A stretch of 64,000 bases of DNA. Source: Ostrea edulis (taxonomy: Eukaryota). Below are positions 12,301 to 27,300 of the stretch, in pieces. Position 1 is the stretch's first letter; every line of letters begins with the position of its first letter. Both the position numbers and the translations under genes were made by a program. Under the pieces are notes generated by a model. That model made no database searches and was not told the origin of the DNA. It saw only the letters and a list, made by a program, of their open reading frames with translations. The stretch spans positions 49,724,001-49,788,000 of the forward strand of contig NC_079169.1 in assembly GCF_947568905.1 (NCBI RefSeq). The letters are read 5' to 3'.

Positions 12301-15300
12301 TCCTCACTCCACCCAAGTGTAAAAGGGGTACCTGGCTATAGACAGTGAAAGATAATGTTATTGCTCCAGCGCCTTAACGGCACCTTACACTGTATGCTTC
12401 CCAGGAAGCTGAGAAATTTCTACATTGATATAAGGTCTGCCAGGGTAATAATGTATTGTAAAGCGCTTTGAACAGCTGGAAAAAGCGGTATATAAAACCA
12501 ATCCTCATTATTATTACTGATATCATTATGCTATTTTGTAATATTCGTAGATATCGATGAGTGTTCTGACGGACCATGCCAGAATGATGGAACCTGTGTA
12601 GACCTCATCAACGATTACCAGTGTGCATGTGTTATGGGATTCAACGGCAAAAACTGTACTGTCGGTGAGTGTGCAAGAACGCAATGCACAAACGGGAACT
12701 TTTACTCCTGATGAAATAATCCAATACTTCGTTGTTGAAATTAGTCATGAAAAAGTTTTAATCATGACTACGAAGTGTGTTGCATTGGTTGATGATATGA
12801 ATTGTATTACATTATGCACGAAGGAGCACTATTCAGTGGTAGAAATTGCAGAAACAGTTATTGTTTTATTCATGCCTTGCCGATTGTTGTAGATATCGAT
12901 GAATGTGTTGACCAACCTTGTGAGAACAATGGAACATGCGTGGATCTCATCAATGGTTACGAATGTCAATGTGCGTCAGGATTGAATGGAACCAACTGCA
13001 CGCAAAGTAAGGAGATTGTATATAGTGTATGCATCAGAAAGGGCACATGTTTTCAAATATGATGCTGGCTATTGACTACCTGTAACGTATTTAACGTATT
13101 GAGTACGTATCAAATGTTTGCAAATTCACAAAGCGTTTCTTTGGGACTAAATTTTAATCTCTTTTAGTTTATTGCATTCGTAAAGCACGTTTGATTTTAA
13201 GTTTGTACAAATTATTATTGTAAGGAATGAATCACAAAAATTCAAGGAGAAAGTAAAATTATTTCATTTTAAGGAAATGGTATATACGTGGACATGTATG
13301 TAGTGATAATGGACAAAAACAGTTTTCCCCTCAAAATCTGGTACAAATTACACGCTTTTTGAAATGGAAACATCTTGGATTTCTCAACGAAAATTGAAAG
13401 TAATCGACACATTCTTGAAGTGGTGTATCTTATTAAATTGACAAATTATGCCCTGGTTTACCTTTCTGTTTGATACTTTTGACATTTTTGCCAAGATTTA
13501 AAAAGAAACATCACTGTTTCGCTACACTATGAAACAGTAGAAAGACCTTGACGACATTTAATCGTCGTAAAATAGTCTTAAAATATACTGACGTCAGTAA
13601 TTGAAACGCTGTTCTGATGCCTACAGAGTGTATTTCATTGGTTGATTTTATGAATGGTGTTACATTATCCACCAAGTATTGGGTCAGAGGAAATGCAGAA
13701 AGAATTATTCTATATCTATGCCCTGCGCATTGTTGCAGATATCGATGACTGTATTGACCAACCATGCGAGAACAATGGAACATGCGTGGATCTCGTCAAT
13801 GGCTACAAATGTCAATGCGTGGCAGGATTTAATGGAACCAACTGCACAGAAAGTAAGGAGATTGGGTATCAGAATGGACACACTTTTTGAAATATGATAC
13901 TGAATATTGACAAAGGGTGTCTTGGTGATTATTCTTGCTTGGTTTTAATTTTTGGCATTGGTAAATCACGTTTGATTTGAAGTCTGTACAAACTATTATT
14001 AATAGGAACACAACAATTTAAAAAGAAAAGAACATTATTTCATTTTAATGAAATCGTATAAATGTACTGACAACGGATCGAAATAGAGTGTTCCCTCAAA
14101 AGATGTTACAAATTGCAGGATTTTTGTTATTTCAATGCCTTGGGTTTCTACAAAGATTGAAAATAATGAACACATCATTCAATTCGTGTATCTTTTCATG
14201 AAAAAAGATCCTTTCTTTGCTGATATAGAATCTATTTCATTTCAGATATAGATGGGTGTGTGGCGGAACCTTGTCAGAACAATGGAACATGCATAGATCA
14301 AATTAATACCTACGAATGTCAATGTGTTCCGGGATTTAATTGGACTCACTGCGAGAATAGTAAGTTTCATCAAAATGCAGTTGAAAATAATTGGCCGAAA
14401 ACTTGTGTGTTAAGGTGATGTTATTGTACGCTATATGCCACAATTTTCTTTGAAATTCAGATATGGATGAATGTGCTGGGGATCCTTGTCAAAACAACGG
14501 AACGTGTGTGGACCTTGTAAACAACTACCAGTGTGATTGTGTCCCTGGTTTTGCAGACACAAACTGTTCAACAAGTAAAGTCTATTTTACCCATCTACAT
14601 TCAATTTCAATGTCAAATACGCAAGGTTAAGTGAAGTGTTCGTTGGTGGCGTCGGTGACCTAGTGGTTAGGCTGTCAGACGCGCGACCGAAAGGTCTTGG
14701 GTTGGAGTCCTGGCCGTGGCAGGGCCGACGTTTTGTTCTTGGGAAAGGCACTTTACATGAATTTCCTCACTCCACCCAAGTGTAAAAGGGGTACCTGGCT
14801 ATAGACAGTGAAAGATAATGTTAGAATGTTATTGCTTCAACGCCTTAACGGCACCTTACACTGTATGCTTCCCAGGAAGCTAAGAAATTTCTACATTGAT
14901 ATAAGGTCTGCCAGGGTAATAATGTATTGTAAAGCGCTTTGAACAGCTGGAAAAAGCGGTATATAAAACCAATCCTCATTATTATTATTAATATCATTAT
15001 GCTATTTTGTAATATTCGTAGATATCGATGAGTGTTCTGACGGACCATGCCAGAATGATGGAACCTGTGTAGACCTCATCAACGATTACCAGTGTGCATG
15101 TGTTATGGGATTCAACGGCAAAAACTGTACTGTCGGTGAGTGTGCAAGAACGCAATGCACAAACGGGAACTTTTACTCCTGATGAAATAATCCAATACTT
15201 CGTTGTTGAAATTAGTCATGAAAAAGTTTTAATCATGACTACGAAGTGTGTTGCATTGGTTGACGATATGAATTGTATTACATTATGCACGAAGGAGCAC

Positions 15301-18300
15301 TATTCAGTGGTAGAAATTGCAGAAACAGTTATTGTTTTATTCATGCCTTGCCGATTGTTGTAGATATCGATGAATGTGTTGACCAACCTTGTGAGAACAA
15401 TGGAACATGCGTGGATCTCATCAATGGTTACGAATGTCAATGTGCGTCAGGATTGAATGGAACCAACTGCACGCAAAGTAAGGAGATTGTATATAGTGTA
15501 TGCATCAGAAAGGGCACATGTTTTCAAATATGATGCTGGCTATTGACTACCTGTAACGTATTTAACGTATTGAGTACGTATCAAATGTTTGCAAATTCAC
15601 AAAGCGTTTCTTTGGGACTAAATTTTAATCTCTTTTAGTTTATTGCATTCGTAAAGCACGTTTGATTTTAAGTTTGTACAAATTATTATTGTAAGGAATG
15701 AATCACAAAAATTCAAGGAGAAAGTAAAATTATTTCATTTTAAGGAAATGGTATATACGTGGACATGTATGTAGTGATAATGGACAAAAACAGTTTTCCC
15801 CTCAAAATCTGGTACAAATTACACGCTTTTTGAAATGGAAACATCTTGGATTTCTCAACGAAAATTGAAAGTAATCGACACATTCTTGAAGTGGTGTATC
15901 TTATTAAATTGACAAATTATGCCCTGGTTTACCTTTCTGTTTGATACTTTTGACATTTTTGCCAAGATTTAAAAAGAAACATCACTGTTTCGCTACACTA
16001 TGAAACAGTAGAAAGACCTTGACGACATTTAATCGTCGTAAAATAGTCTTAAAATATACTGACGTCAGTAATTGAAACGCTGTTCTGATGCCTACAGAGT
16101 GTATTTCATTGGTTGATTTTATGAATGGTGTTACATTATCCACCAAGTATTGGGTCAGAGGAAATGCAGAAAGAATTATTCTATATCTATGCCCTGCGCA
16201 TTGTTGTAGATATCGATGACTGTATTGACCAACCATGCGAGAACAATGGAACATGCGTGGATCTCGTCAATGGCTACAAATGTCAATGCGTGGCAGGATT
16301 TAATGGAACCAACTGCACAGAAAGTAAGGAGATTGGGTATCAGAATGGACACACTTTTTGAAATATGATACTGAATATTGACAAAGGGTGTCTTGGTGAT
16401 TATTCTTGCTTGGTTTTAATTTTTGGCATTGGTAAATCACGTTTGATTTGAAGTCTGTACAAACTATTATTAATAGGAACACAACAATTTAAAAAGAAAA
16501 GAACATTATTTCATTTTAATGAAATCGTATAAATGTACTGACAACGGATCGAAATAGAGTGTTCCCTCAAAAGATGTTACAAATTGCAGGATTTTTGTTA
16601 TTTCAATGCCTTGGGTTTCTACAAAAATTGAAAATAATGAACACATCATTCAATTCGTGTATCTTTTCATGAAAAAAGATCCTTTCTTTGCTGATATAGA
16701 ATCTATTTCATTTCAGATATAGATGGGTGTGTGGCGGAACCTTGTCAGAACAATGGAACATGCATAGATCAAATTAATACCTACGAATGTCAATGTGTTC
16801 CGGGATTTAATTGGACTCACTGCGAGAATAGTAAGTTTCATCAAAATGCAGTTGAAAATAATTGGCCGAAAACTTGTGTGTTAAGGTGATGTTATTGTAC
16901 GCTATATGCCACAATTTTCTTTGAAATTCAGATATGGATGAATGTGCTGGGGATCCTTGTCAAAACAACGGAACGTGTGTGGACCTTGTAAACAACTACC
17001 AGTGTGATTGTGTCCCTGGTTTTGCAGACACAAACTGTTCAACAAGTAAAGTCTATTTTACCCATCTACATTCAATTTCAATGTCAAATACGCAAGGTTA
17101 AGTGAAGTGTTCGTTGGTGGCGTCGGTGACCTAGTGGTTAGGCTGTCAGACACGCGACCGAAAGGTCTTGGGTTGGAGTCCTGGCCGTGGCAGGGCCGAC
17201 GTTTTGTTCTTGGGAAAGGCACTTTACATGAATTTCCTCACTCCACCCAAGTGTAAAAGGGGTACCTGGCTATAGACAGTGAAAGATAATGTTATTGCTC
17301 CAGCGCCTTAACGGCACCTTACACTGTATGCTTCCCAGGAAGCTGAGAAATTTCTACATTGATATAAGGTCTGCCAGGGTAATAATGTATTGTAAAGCGC
17401 TTTGAACAGCTGGAAAAAGCGGTATATAAAACCAATCCTCATTATTATTACTGATATCATTATGCTATTTTGTAATATTCGTAGATATCGATGAGTGTTC
17501 TGACGGACCATGCCAGAATGATGGAACCTGTGTAGACCTCATCAACGATTACCAGTGTGCATGTGTTATGGGATTCAACGGCAAAAACTGTACTGTCGGT
17601 GAGTGTGCAAGAACGCAATGCACAAACGGGAACTTTTACTCCTGATGAAATAATCCAATACTTCGTTGTTGAAATTAGTCATGAAAAAGTTTTAATCATG
17701 ACTACGAAGTGTGTTGCATTGGTTGATGATATGAATTGTATTACATTATGCACGAAGGAGCACTATTCAGTGGTAGAAATTGCAGAAACAGTTATTGTTT
17801 TATTCATGCCTTGCCGATTGTTGTAGATATCGATGAATGTGTTGACCAACCTTGTGAGAACAATGGAACATGCGTGGATCTCATCAATGGTTACGAATGT
17901 CAATGTGCGTCAGGATTGAATGGAACCAACTGCACACAAAGTAAGGAGATTGTATATAGTGTATGCATCAGAAAGGGCACATGTTTTCAAATATGATGCT
18001 GGCTATTGACTACCTGTAACGTATTTAACGTATTGAGTACGTATCAAATGTTTGCAAATTCACAAAGCGTTTCTTTGGGACTAAATTTTAATCTCTTTTA
18101 GTTTATTGCATTCGTAAAGCACGTTTGATTTTAAGTTTGTACAAATTATTATTGTAAGGAATGAATCACAAAAATTCAAGGAGAAAGTAAAATTATTTCA
18201 TTTTAAGGAAATGGTATATACGTGGACATGTATGTAGTGATAATGGACAAAAACAGTTTTCCCCTCAAAATCTGGTACAAATTACACGCTTTTTGAAATG

Positions 18301-21300
18301 GAAACATCTTGGATTTCTCAACGAAAATTGAAAGTAATCGACACATTCTTGAAGTGGTGTATCTTATTAAATTGACAGACAAATTATGCCCTGGTTTACT
18401 TTTTTTGTTTGATACTTTTGACATTTTTGCCAAGATTTAAAAAGAAACATCACTGTTTCGCTACACTATGAAACAGTAGAAAGACCTTGACGACATTTAA
18501 TCGTCGTAAAATAGTCTTAAAATATACTGACGTCAGTAATTGAAACGCTGTTCTGATGCCTACAGAGTGTATTTCATTGGTTGATTTTATGAATGGTGTT
18601 ACATTATCCACCAAGTATTGGGTCAGAGGAAATGCAGAAAGAATTATTCTATATCTATGCCCTGCGCATTGTTGCAGATATCGATGACTGTATTGACCAA
18701 CCATGCGAGAACAATGGAACATGCGTGGATCTCGTCAATGGCTACAAATGTCAATGCGTGGCAGGATTTAATGGAACCAACTGCACAGAAAGTAAGGAGA
18801 TTGGGTATCAGAATGGACACACTTTTTGAAATATGATACTGAATATTGACAAAGGGTGTCTTGGTGATTATTCTTGCTTGGTTTTAATTTTTGGCATTGG
18901 TAAATCACGTTTGATTTGAAGTCTGTACAAACTATTATTAATAGGAACACAACAATTTAAAAAGAAAAGAACATTATTTCATTTTAATGAAATCGTATAA
19001 ATGTACTGACAACGGATCGAAATAGAGTGTTCCCTCAAAAGATGTTACAAATTGCAGGATTTTTGTTATTTCAATGCCTTGGGTTTCTACAAAAATTGAA
19101 AATAATGAACACATCATTCAATTCGTGTATCTTTTCATGAAAAAAGATCCTTTCTTTGCTGATATAGAATCTATTTCATTTCAGATATAGATGGGTGTGT
19201 GGCGGAACCTTGTCAGAACAATGGAACATGCATAGATCAAATTAATACCTACGAATGTCAATGTGTTCCGGGATTTAATTGGACTCACTGCGAGAATAGT
19301 AAGTTTCATCAAAATGCAGTTGAAAATAATTGGCCGAAAACTTGTGTGTTAAGGTGATGTTATTGTACGCTATATGCCACAATTTTCTTTGAAATTCAGA
19401 TATGGATGAATGTGCTGGGGATCCTTGTCAAAACAACGGAACGTGTGTGGACCTTGTAAACAACTACCAGTGTGATTGTGTCCCTGGTTTTGCAGACACA
19501 AACTGTTCAACAAGTAAAGTCTATTTTACCCATCTACATTCAATTTCAATGTCAAATACGCAAGGTTAAGTGAAGTGTTCGTTGGTGGCGTCGGTGACCT
19601 AGTGGTTAGGCTGTCAGACACGCGACCGAAAGGTCTTGGGTTGGAGTCCTGGCCGTGGCAGGGCCGACGTTTTGTTCTTGGGAAAGGCACTTTACATGAA
19701 TTTCCTCACTCCACCCAAGTGTAAAAGGGGTACCTGGCTATAGACAGTGAAAGATAATGTTATTGCTCCAGCGCCTTAACGGCACCTTACACTGTATGCT
19801 TCCCAGGAAGCTGAGAAATTTCTACATTGATATAAGGTCTGCCAGGGTAATAATGTATTGTAAAGCGCTTTGAACAGCTGGAAAAAGCGGTATATAAAAC
19901 CAATCCTCATTATTATTACTGATATCATTATGCTATTTTGTAATATTCGTAGATATCGATGAGTGTTCTGACGGACCATGCCAGAATGATGGAACCTGTG
20001 TAGACCTCATCAACGATTACCAGTGTGCATGTGTTATGGGATTCAACGGCAAAAACTGTACTGTCGGTGAGTGTGCAAGAACGCAATGCACAAACGGGAA
20101 CTTTTACTCCTGATGAAATAATCCAATACTTCGTTGTTGAAATTAGTCATGAAAAAGTTTTAATCATGACTACGAAGTGTGTTGCATTGGTTGATGATAT
20201 GAATTGTATTACATTATGCACGAAGGAGCACTATTCAGTGGTAGAAATTGCAGAAACAGTTATTGTTTTATTCATGCCTTGCCGATTGTTGTAGATATCG
20301 ATGAATGTGTTGACCAACCTTGTGAGAACAATGGAACATGCGTGGATCTCATCAATGGTTACGAATGTCAATGTGCGTCAGGATTGAATGGAACCAACTG
20401 CACGCAAAGTAAGGAGATTGTATATAGTGTATGCATCAGAAAGGGCACATGTTTTCAAATATGATGCTGGCTATTGACTACCTGTAACGTATTTAACGTA
20501 TTGAGTACGTATCAAATGTTTGCAAATTCACAAAGCGTTTCTTTGGGACTAAATTTTAATCTCTTTTAGTTTATTGCATTCGTAAAGCACGTTTGATTTT
20601 AAGTTTGTACAAATTATTATTGTAAGGAATGAATCACAAAAATTCAAGGAGAAAGTAAAATTATTTCATTTTAAGGAAATGGTATATACGTGGACATGTA
20701 TGTAGTGATAATGGACAAAAACAGTTTTCCCCTCAAAATCTGGTACAAATTACACGCTTTTTGAAATGGAAACATCTTGGATTTCTCAACGAAAATTGAA
20801 AGTAATCGACACATTCTTGAAGTGGTGTATCTTATTAAATTGACAAATTATGCCCTGGTTTACCTTTCTGTTTGATACTTTTGACATTTTTGCCAAGATT
20901 TAAAAAGAAACATCACTGTTTCGCTACACTATGAAACAGTAGAAAGACCTTGACGACATTTAATCGTCGTAAAATAGTCTTAAAATATACTGACGTCAGT
21001 AATTGAAACGCTGTTCTGATGCCTACAGAGTGTATTTCATTGGTTGATTTTATGAATGGTGTTACATTATCCACCAAGTATTGGGTCAGAGGAAATGCAG
21101 AAAGAATTATTCTATATCTATGCCCTGCGCATTGTTGCAGATATCGATGACTGTATTGACCAACCATGCGAGAACAATGGAACATGCGTGGATCTCGTCA
21201 ATGGCTACAAATGTCAATGCGTGGCAGGATTTAATGGAACCAACTGCACAGAAAGTAAGGAGATTGGGTATCAGAATGGACACACTTTTTGAAATATGAT

Positions 21301-24300
21301 ACTGAATATTGACAAAGGGTGTCTTGGTGATTATTCTTGCTTGGTTTTAATTTTTGGCATTGGTAAATCACGTTTGATTTGAAGTCTGTACAAACTATTA
21401 TTAATAGGAACACAACAATTTAAAAAGAAAAGAACATTATTTCATTTTAATGAAATCGTATAAATGTACTGACAACGGATCGAAATAGAGTGTTCCCTCA
21501 AAAGATGTTACAAATTGCAGGATTTTTGTTATTTCAATGCCTTGGGTTTCTACAAAAATTGAAAATAATGAACACATCATTCAATTCGTGTATCTTTTCA
21601 TGAAAAAAGATCCTTTCTTTGCTGATATAGAATCTATTTCATTTCAGATATAGATGGGTGTGTGGCGGAACCTTGTCAGAACAATGGAACATGCATAGAT
21701 CAAATTAATACCTACGAATGTCAATGTGTTCCGGGATTTAATTGGACTCACTGCGAGAATAGTAAGTTTCATCAAAATGCAGTTGAAAATAATTGGCCGA
21801 AAACTTGTGTGTTAAGGTGATGTTATTGTACGCTATATGCCACAATTTTCTTTGAAATTCAGATATGGATGAATGTGCTGGGGATCCTTGTCAAAACAAC
21901 GGAACGTGTGTGGACCTTGTAAACAACTACCAGTGTGATTGTGTCCCTGGTTTTGCAGACACAAACTGTTCAACAAGTAAAGTCTATTTTACCCATCTAC
22001 ATTCAATTTCAATGTCAAATACGCAAGGTTAAGTGAAGTGTTCGTTGGTGGCGTCGGTGACCTAGTGGTTAGGCTGTCAGACGCGCGACCGAAAGGTCTT
22101 GGGTTGGAGTCCTGGCCGTGGCAGGGCCGACGTTTTGTTCTTGGGAAAGGCACTTTACATGAATTTCCTCACTCCACCCAAGTGTAAAAGGGGTACCTGG
22201 CTATAGACAGTGAAAGATAATGTTAGAATGTTATTGCTTCAACGCCTTAACGGCACCTTACACTGTATGCTTCCCAGGAAGCTAAGAAATTTCTACATTG
22301 ATATAAGGTCTGCCAGGGTAATAATGTATTGTAAAGCGCTTTGAACAGCTGGAAAAAGCGGTATATAAAACCAATCCTCATTATTATTATTAATATCATT
22401 ATGCTATTTTGTAATATTCGTAGATATCGATGAGTGTTCTGACGGACCATGCCAGAATGATGGAACCTGTGTAGACCTCATCAACGATTACCAGTGTGCA
22501 TGTGTTATGGGATTCAACGGCAAAAACTGTACTGTCGGTGAGTGTGCAAGAACGCAATGCACAAACGGGAACTTTTACTCCTGATGAAATAATCCAATAC
22601 TTCGTTGTTGAAATTAGTCATGAAAAAGTTTTAATCATGACTACGAAGTGTGTTGCATTGGTTGACGATATGAATTGTATTACATTATGCACGAAGGAGC
22701 ACTATTCAGTGGTAGAAATTGCAGAAACAGTTATTGTTTTATTCATGCCTTGCCGATTGTTGTAGATATCGATGAATGTGTTGACCAACCTTGTGAGAAC
22801 AATGGAACATGCGTGGATCTCATCAATGGTTACGAATGTCAATGTGCGTCAGGATTGAATGGAACCAACTGCACGCAAAGTAAGGAGATTGTATATAGTG
22901 TATGCATCAGAAAGGGCACATGTTTTCAAATATGATGCTGGCTATTGACTACCTGTAACGTATTTAACGTATTGAGTACGTATCAAATGTTTGCAAATTC
23001 ACAAAGCGTTTCTTTGGGACTAAATTTTAATCTCTTTTAGTTTATTGCATTCGTAAAGCACGTTTGATTTTAAGTTTGTACAAATTATTATTGTAAGGAA
23101 TGAATCACAAAAATTCAAGGAGAAAGTAAAATTATTTCATTTTAAGGAAATGGTATATACGTGGACATGTATGTAGTGATAATGGACAAAAACAGTTTTC
23201 CCCTCAAAATCTGGTACAAATTACACGCTTTTTGAAATGGAAACATCTTGGATTTCTCAACGAAAATTGAAAGTAATCGACACATTCTTGAAGTGGTGTA
23301 TCTTATTAAATTGACAGACAAATTATGCCCTGGTTTACTTTTTTGTTTGATACTTTTGACATTTTTGCCAAGATTTAAAAAGAAACATCACTGTTTCGCT
23401 ACACTATGAAACAGTAGAAAGACCTTGACGACATTTAATCGTCGTAAAATAGTCTTAAAATATACTGACGTCAGTAATTGAAACGCTGTTCTGATGCCTA
23501 CAGAGTGTATTTCATTGGTTGATTTTATGAATGGTGTTACATTATCCACCAAGTATTGGGTCAGAGGAAATGCAGAAAGAATTATTCTATATCTATGCCC
23601 TGCGCATTGTTGCAGATATCGATGACTGTATTGACCAACCATGCGAGAACAATGGAACATGCGTGGATCTCGTCAATGGCTACAAATGTCAATGCGTGGC
23701 AGGATTTAATGGAACCAACTGCACAGAAAGTAAGGAGATTGGGTATCAGAATGGACACACTTTTTGAAATATGATACTGAATATTGACAAAGGGTGTCTT
23801 GGTGATTATTCTTGCTTGGTTTTAATTTTTGGCATTGGTAAATCACGTTTGATTTGAAGTCTGTACAAACTATTATTAATAGGAACACAACAATTTAAAA
23901 AGAAAAGAACATTATTTCATTTTAATGAAATCGTATAAATGTACTGACAACGGATCGAAATAGAGTGTTCCCTCAAAAGATGTTACAAATTGCAGGATTT
24001 TTGTTATTTCAATGCCTTGGGTTTCTACAAAAATTGAAAATAATGAACACATCATTCAATTCGTGTATCTTTTCATGAAAAAAGATCCTTTCTTTGCTGA
24101 TATAGAATCTATTTCATTTCAGATATAGATGGGTGTGTGGCGGAACCTTGTCAGAACAATGGAACATGCATAGATCAAATTAATACCTACGAATGTCAAT
24201 GTGTTCCGGGATTTAATTGGACTCACTGCGAGAATAGTAAGTTTCATCAAAATGCAGTTGAAAATAATTGGCCGAAAACTTGTGTGTTAAGGTGATGTTA

Positions 24301-27300
24301 TTGTACGCTATATGCCACAATTTTCTTTGAAATTCAGATATGGATGAATGTGCTGGGGATCCTTGTCAAAACAACGGAACGTGTGTGGACCTTGTAAACA
24401 ACTACCAGTGTGATTGTGTCCCTGGTTTTGCAGACACAAACTGTTCAACAAGTAAAGTATATTTTACCCATCTACATTCAATTTCAATGTCAAATACGCA
24501 AGGTTAAGTGAAGTGTTCGTTGGTGGCGTCGGTGACCTAGTGGTTAGGCTGTCAGACGCGCGACCGAAAGGTCTTGGGTTGGAGTCCTGGCCGTGGCAGG
24601 GCCGACGTTTTGTTCTTGGGAAAGGCACTTTACATGAATTTCCTCACTCCACCCAAGTGTAAAAGGGGTACCTGGCTATAGACAGTGAAAGATAATGTTA
24701 GAATGTTATTGCTCCAGCGCCTTAACGGCACCTTACACTGTATGCTTCCCAGGAAGCTGAGAAATTTCTAGATTGATACAAGGTCTGCCAGGGTAATAAT
24801 GTATTGTAAAGCGCTTTGAACAGCTGGAAAAAGCGCTATATAAAACCAATCCTCATTATTATTACTGATATCATTATGCTATTTTGTAATATTCGTAGAT
24901 ATCGATGAGTGTTCTGACGGACCATGCCAGAATGATGGAACCTGTGTAGACCTCATCAACGATTACCAGTGTGCATGTGTTATGGGATTCAACGGCAAAA
25001 ACTGTACTGTCGGTGAGTGTGCAAGAACGCAATGCACAAACGGGAACTTTTACTCCTGATGAAATAATCCAATACTTCGTTGTTGAAATTAGTCATGAAA
25101 AAGTTTTAATCATGACTACGAAGTGTGTTGCATTGGTTGACGATATGAATTGTATTACATTATGCACGAAGGAGCACTATTCAGTGGTAGAAATTGCAGA
25201 AACAGTTATTGTTTTATTCATGCCTTGCCGATTGTTGTAGATATCGATGAATGTGTTGACCAACCTTGTGAGAACAATGGAACATGCGTGGATCTCATCA
25301 ATGGTTACGAATGTCAATGTGCGTCAGGATTGAATGGAACCAACTGCACGCAAAGTAAGGAGATTGTATATAGTGTATGCATCAGAAAGGGCACATGTTT
25401 TCAAATATGATGCTGGCTATTGACTACCTGTAACGTATTTAACGTATTGAGTACGTATCAAATGTTTGCAAATTCACAAAGCGTTTCTTTGGGACTAAAT
25501 TTTAATCTCTTTTAGTTTATTGCATTCGTAAAGCACGTTTGATTTTAAGTTTGTACAAATTATTATTGTAAGGAATGAATCACAAAAATTCAAGGAGAAA
25601 GTAAAATTATTTCATTTTAAGGAAATGGTATATACGTGGACATGTATGTAGTGATAATGGACAAAAACAGTTTTCCCCTCAAAATCTGGTACAAATTACA
25701 CGCTTTTTGAAATGGAAACATCTTGGATTTCTCAACGAAAATTGAAAGTAATCGACACATTCTTGAAGTGGTGTATCTTATTAAATTGACAAATTATGCC
25801 CTGGTTTACCTTTCTGTTTGATACTTTTGACATTTTTGCCAAGATTTAAAAAGAAACATCACTGTTTCGCTACACTATGAAACAGTAGAAAGACCTTGAC
25901 GACATTTAATCGTCGTAAAATAGTCTTAAAATATACTGACGTCAGTAATTGAAACGCTGTTCTGATGCCTACAGAGTGTATTTCATTGGTTGATTTTATG
26001 AATGGTGTTACATTATCCACCAAGTATTGGGTCAGAGGAAATGCAGAAAGAATTATTCTATATCTATGCCCTGCGCATTGTTGCAGATATCGATGACTGT
26101 ATTGACCAACCATGCGAGAACAATGGAACATGCGTGGATCTCATCAATGGCTACAAATGTCAATGCGTGGCAGGATTTAATGGAACCAACTGCACAGAAA
26201 GTAAGGAGATTGGGTATCAGAATGGACACACTTTTTGAAATATGATACTGAATATTGACAAAGGGTGTCTTGGTGATTATTCTTGCTTGGTTTTAATTTT
26301 TGGCATTGGTAAATCACGTTTGATTTGAAGTCTGTACAAACTATTATTAATAGGAACACAACAATTTAAAAAGAAAAGAACATTATTTCATTTTAATGAA
26401 CTCGTATAAATGTACTGACAACGGATCGAAATAGAGTGTTCCCTCAAAAGATGTTACAAATTGCAGGATTTTTGTTATTTCAATGCCTTGGGTTTCTACA
26501 AAAATTGAAAATAATGAACACATCATTCAATTCGTGTATCTTTTCATGAAAAAAGATCCTTTCTTTGCTGATATAGAATCTATTTCATTTCAGATATAGA
26601 TGGGTGTGTGGCGGAACCTTGTCAGAACAATGGAACATGCATAGATCAAATTAATACCTACGAATGTCAATGTGTTCCGGGATTTAATTGGACTCACTGC
26701 GAGAATAGTAAGTTTCATCAAAATGCAGTTGAAAATAATTGGCCGAAAACTTGTGTGTTAAGGTGATGTTATTGTACGCTATATGCCACAATTTTCTTTG
26801 AAATTCAGATATGGATGAATGTGCTGGGGATCCTTGTCAAAACAACGGAACGTGTGTGGACCTTGTAAACAACTACCAGTGTGATTGTGTCCCTGGTTTT
26901 GCAGACACAAACTGTTCAACAAGTAAAGTCTATTTTACCCATCTACATTCAATTTCAATGTCAAATACGCAAGGTTAAGTGAAGTGTTCGTTGGTGGCGT
27001 CGGTGACCTAGTGGTTAGGCTGTCAGACGCGCGACCGAAAGGTCTTGGGTTGGAGTCCTGGCCGTGGCAGGGCCGACGTTTTGTTCTTGGGAAAGGCACT
27101 TTACATGAATTTCCTCACTCCACCCAAGTGTAAAAGGGGTACCTGGCTATAGACAGTGAAAGATAATGTTAGAATGTTATTGCTCCAGCGCCTTAACGGC
27201 ACCTTACACTGTATGCTTCCCAGGAAGCTGAGAAATTTCTAGATTGATACAAGGTCTGCCAGGGTAATAATGTATTGTAAAGCGCTTTGAACAGCTGGAA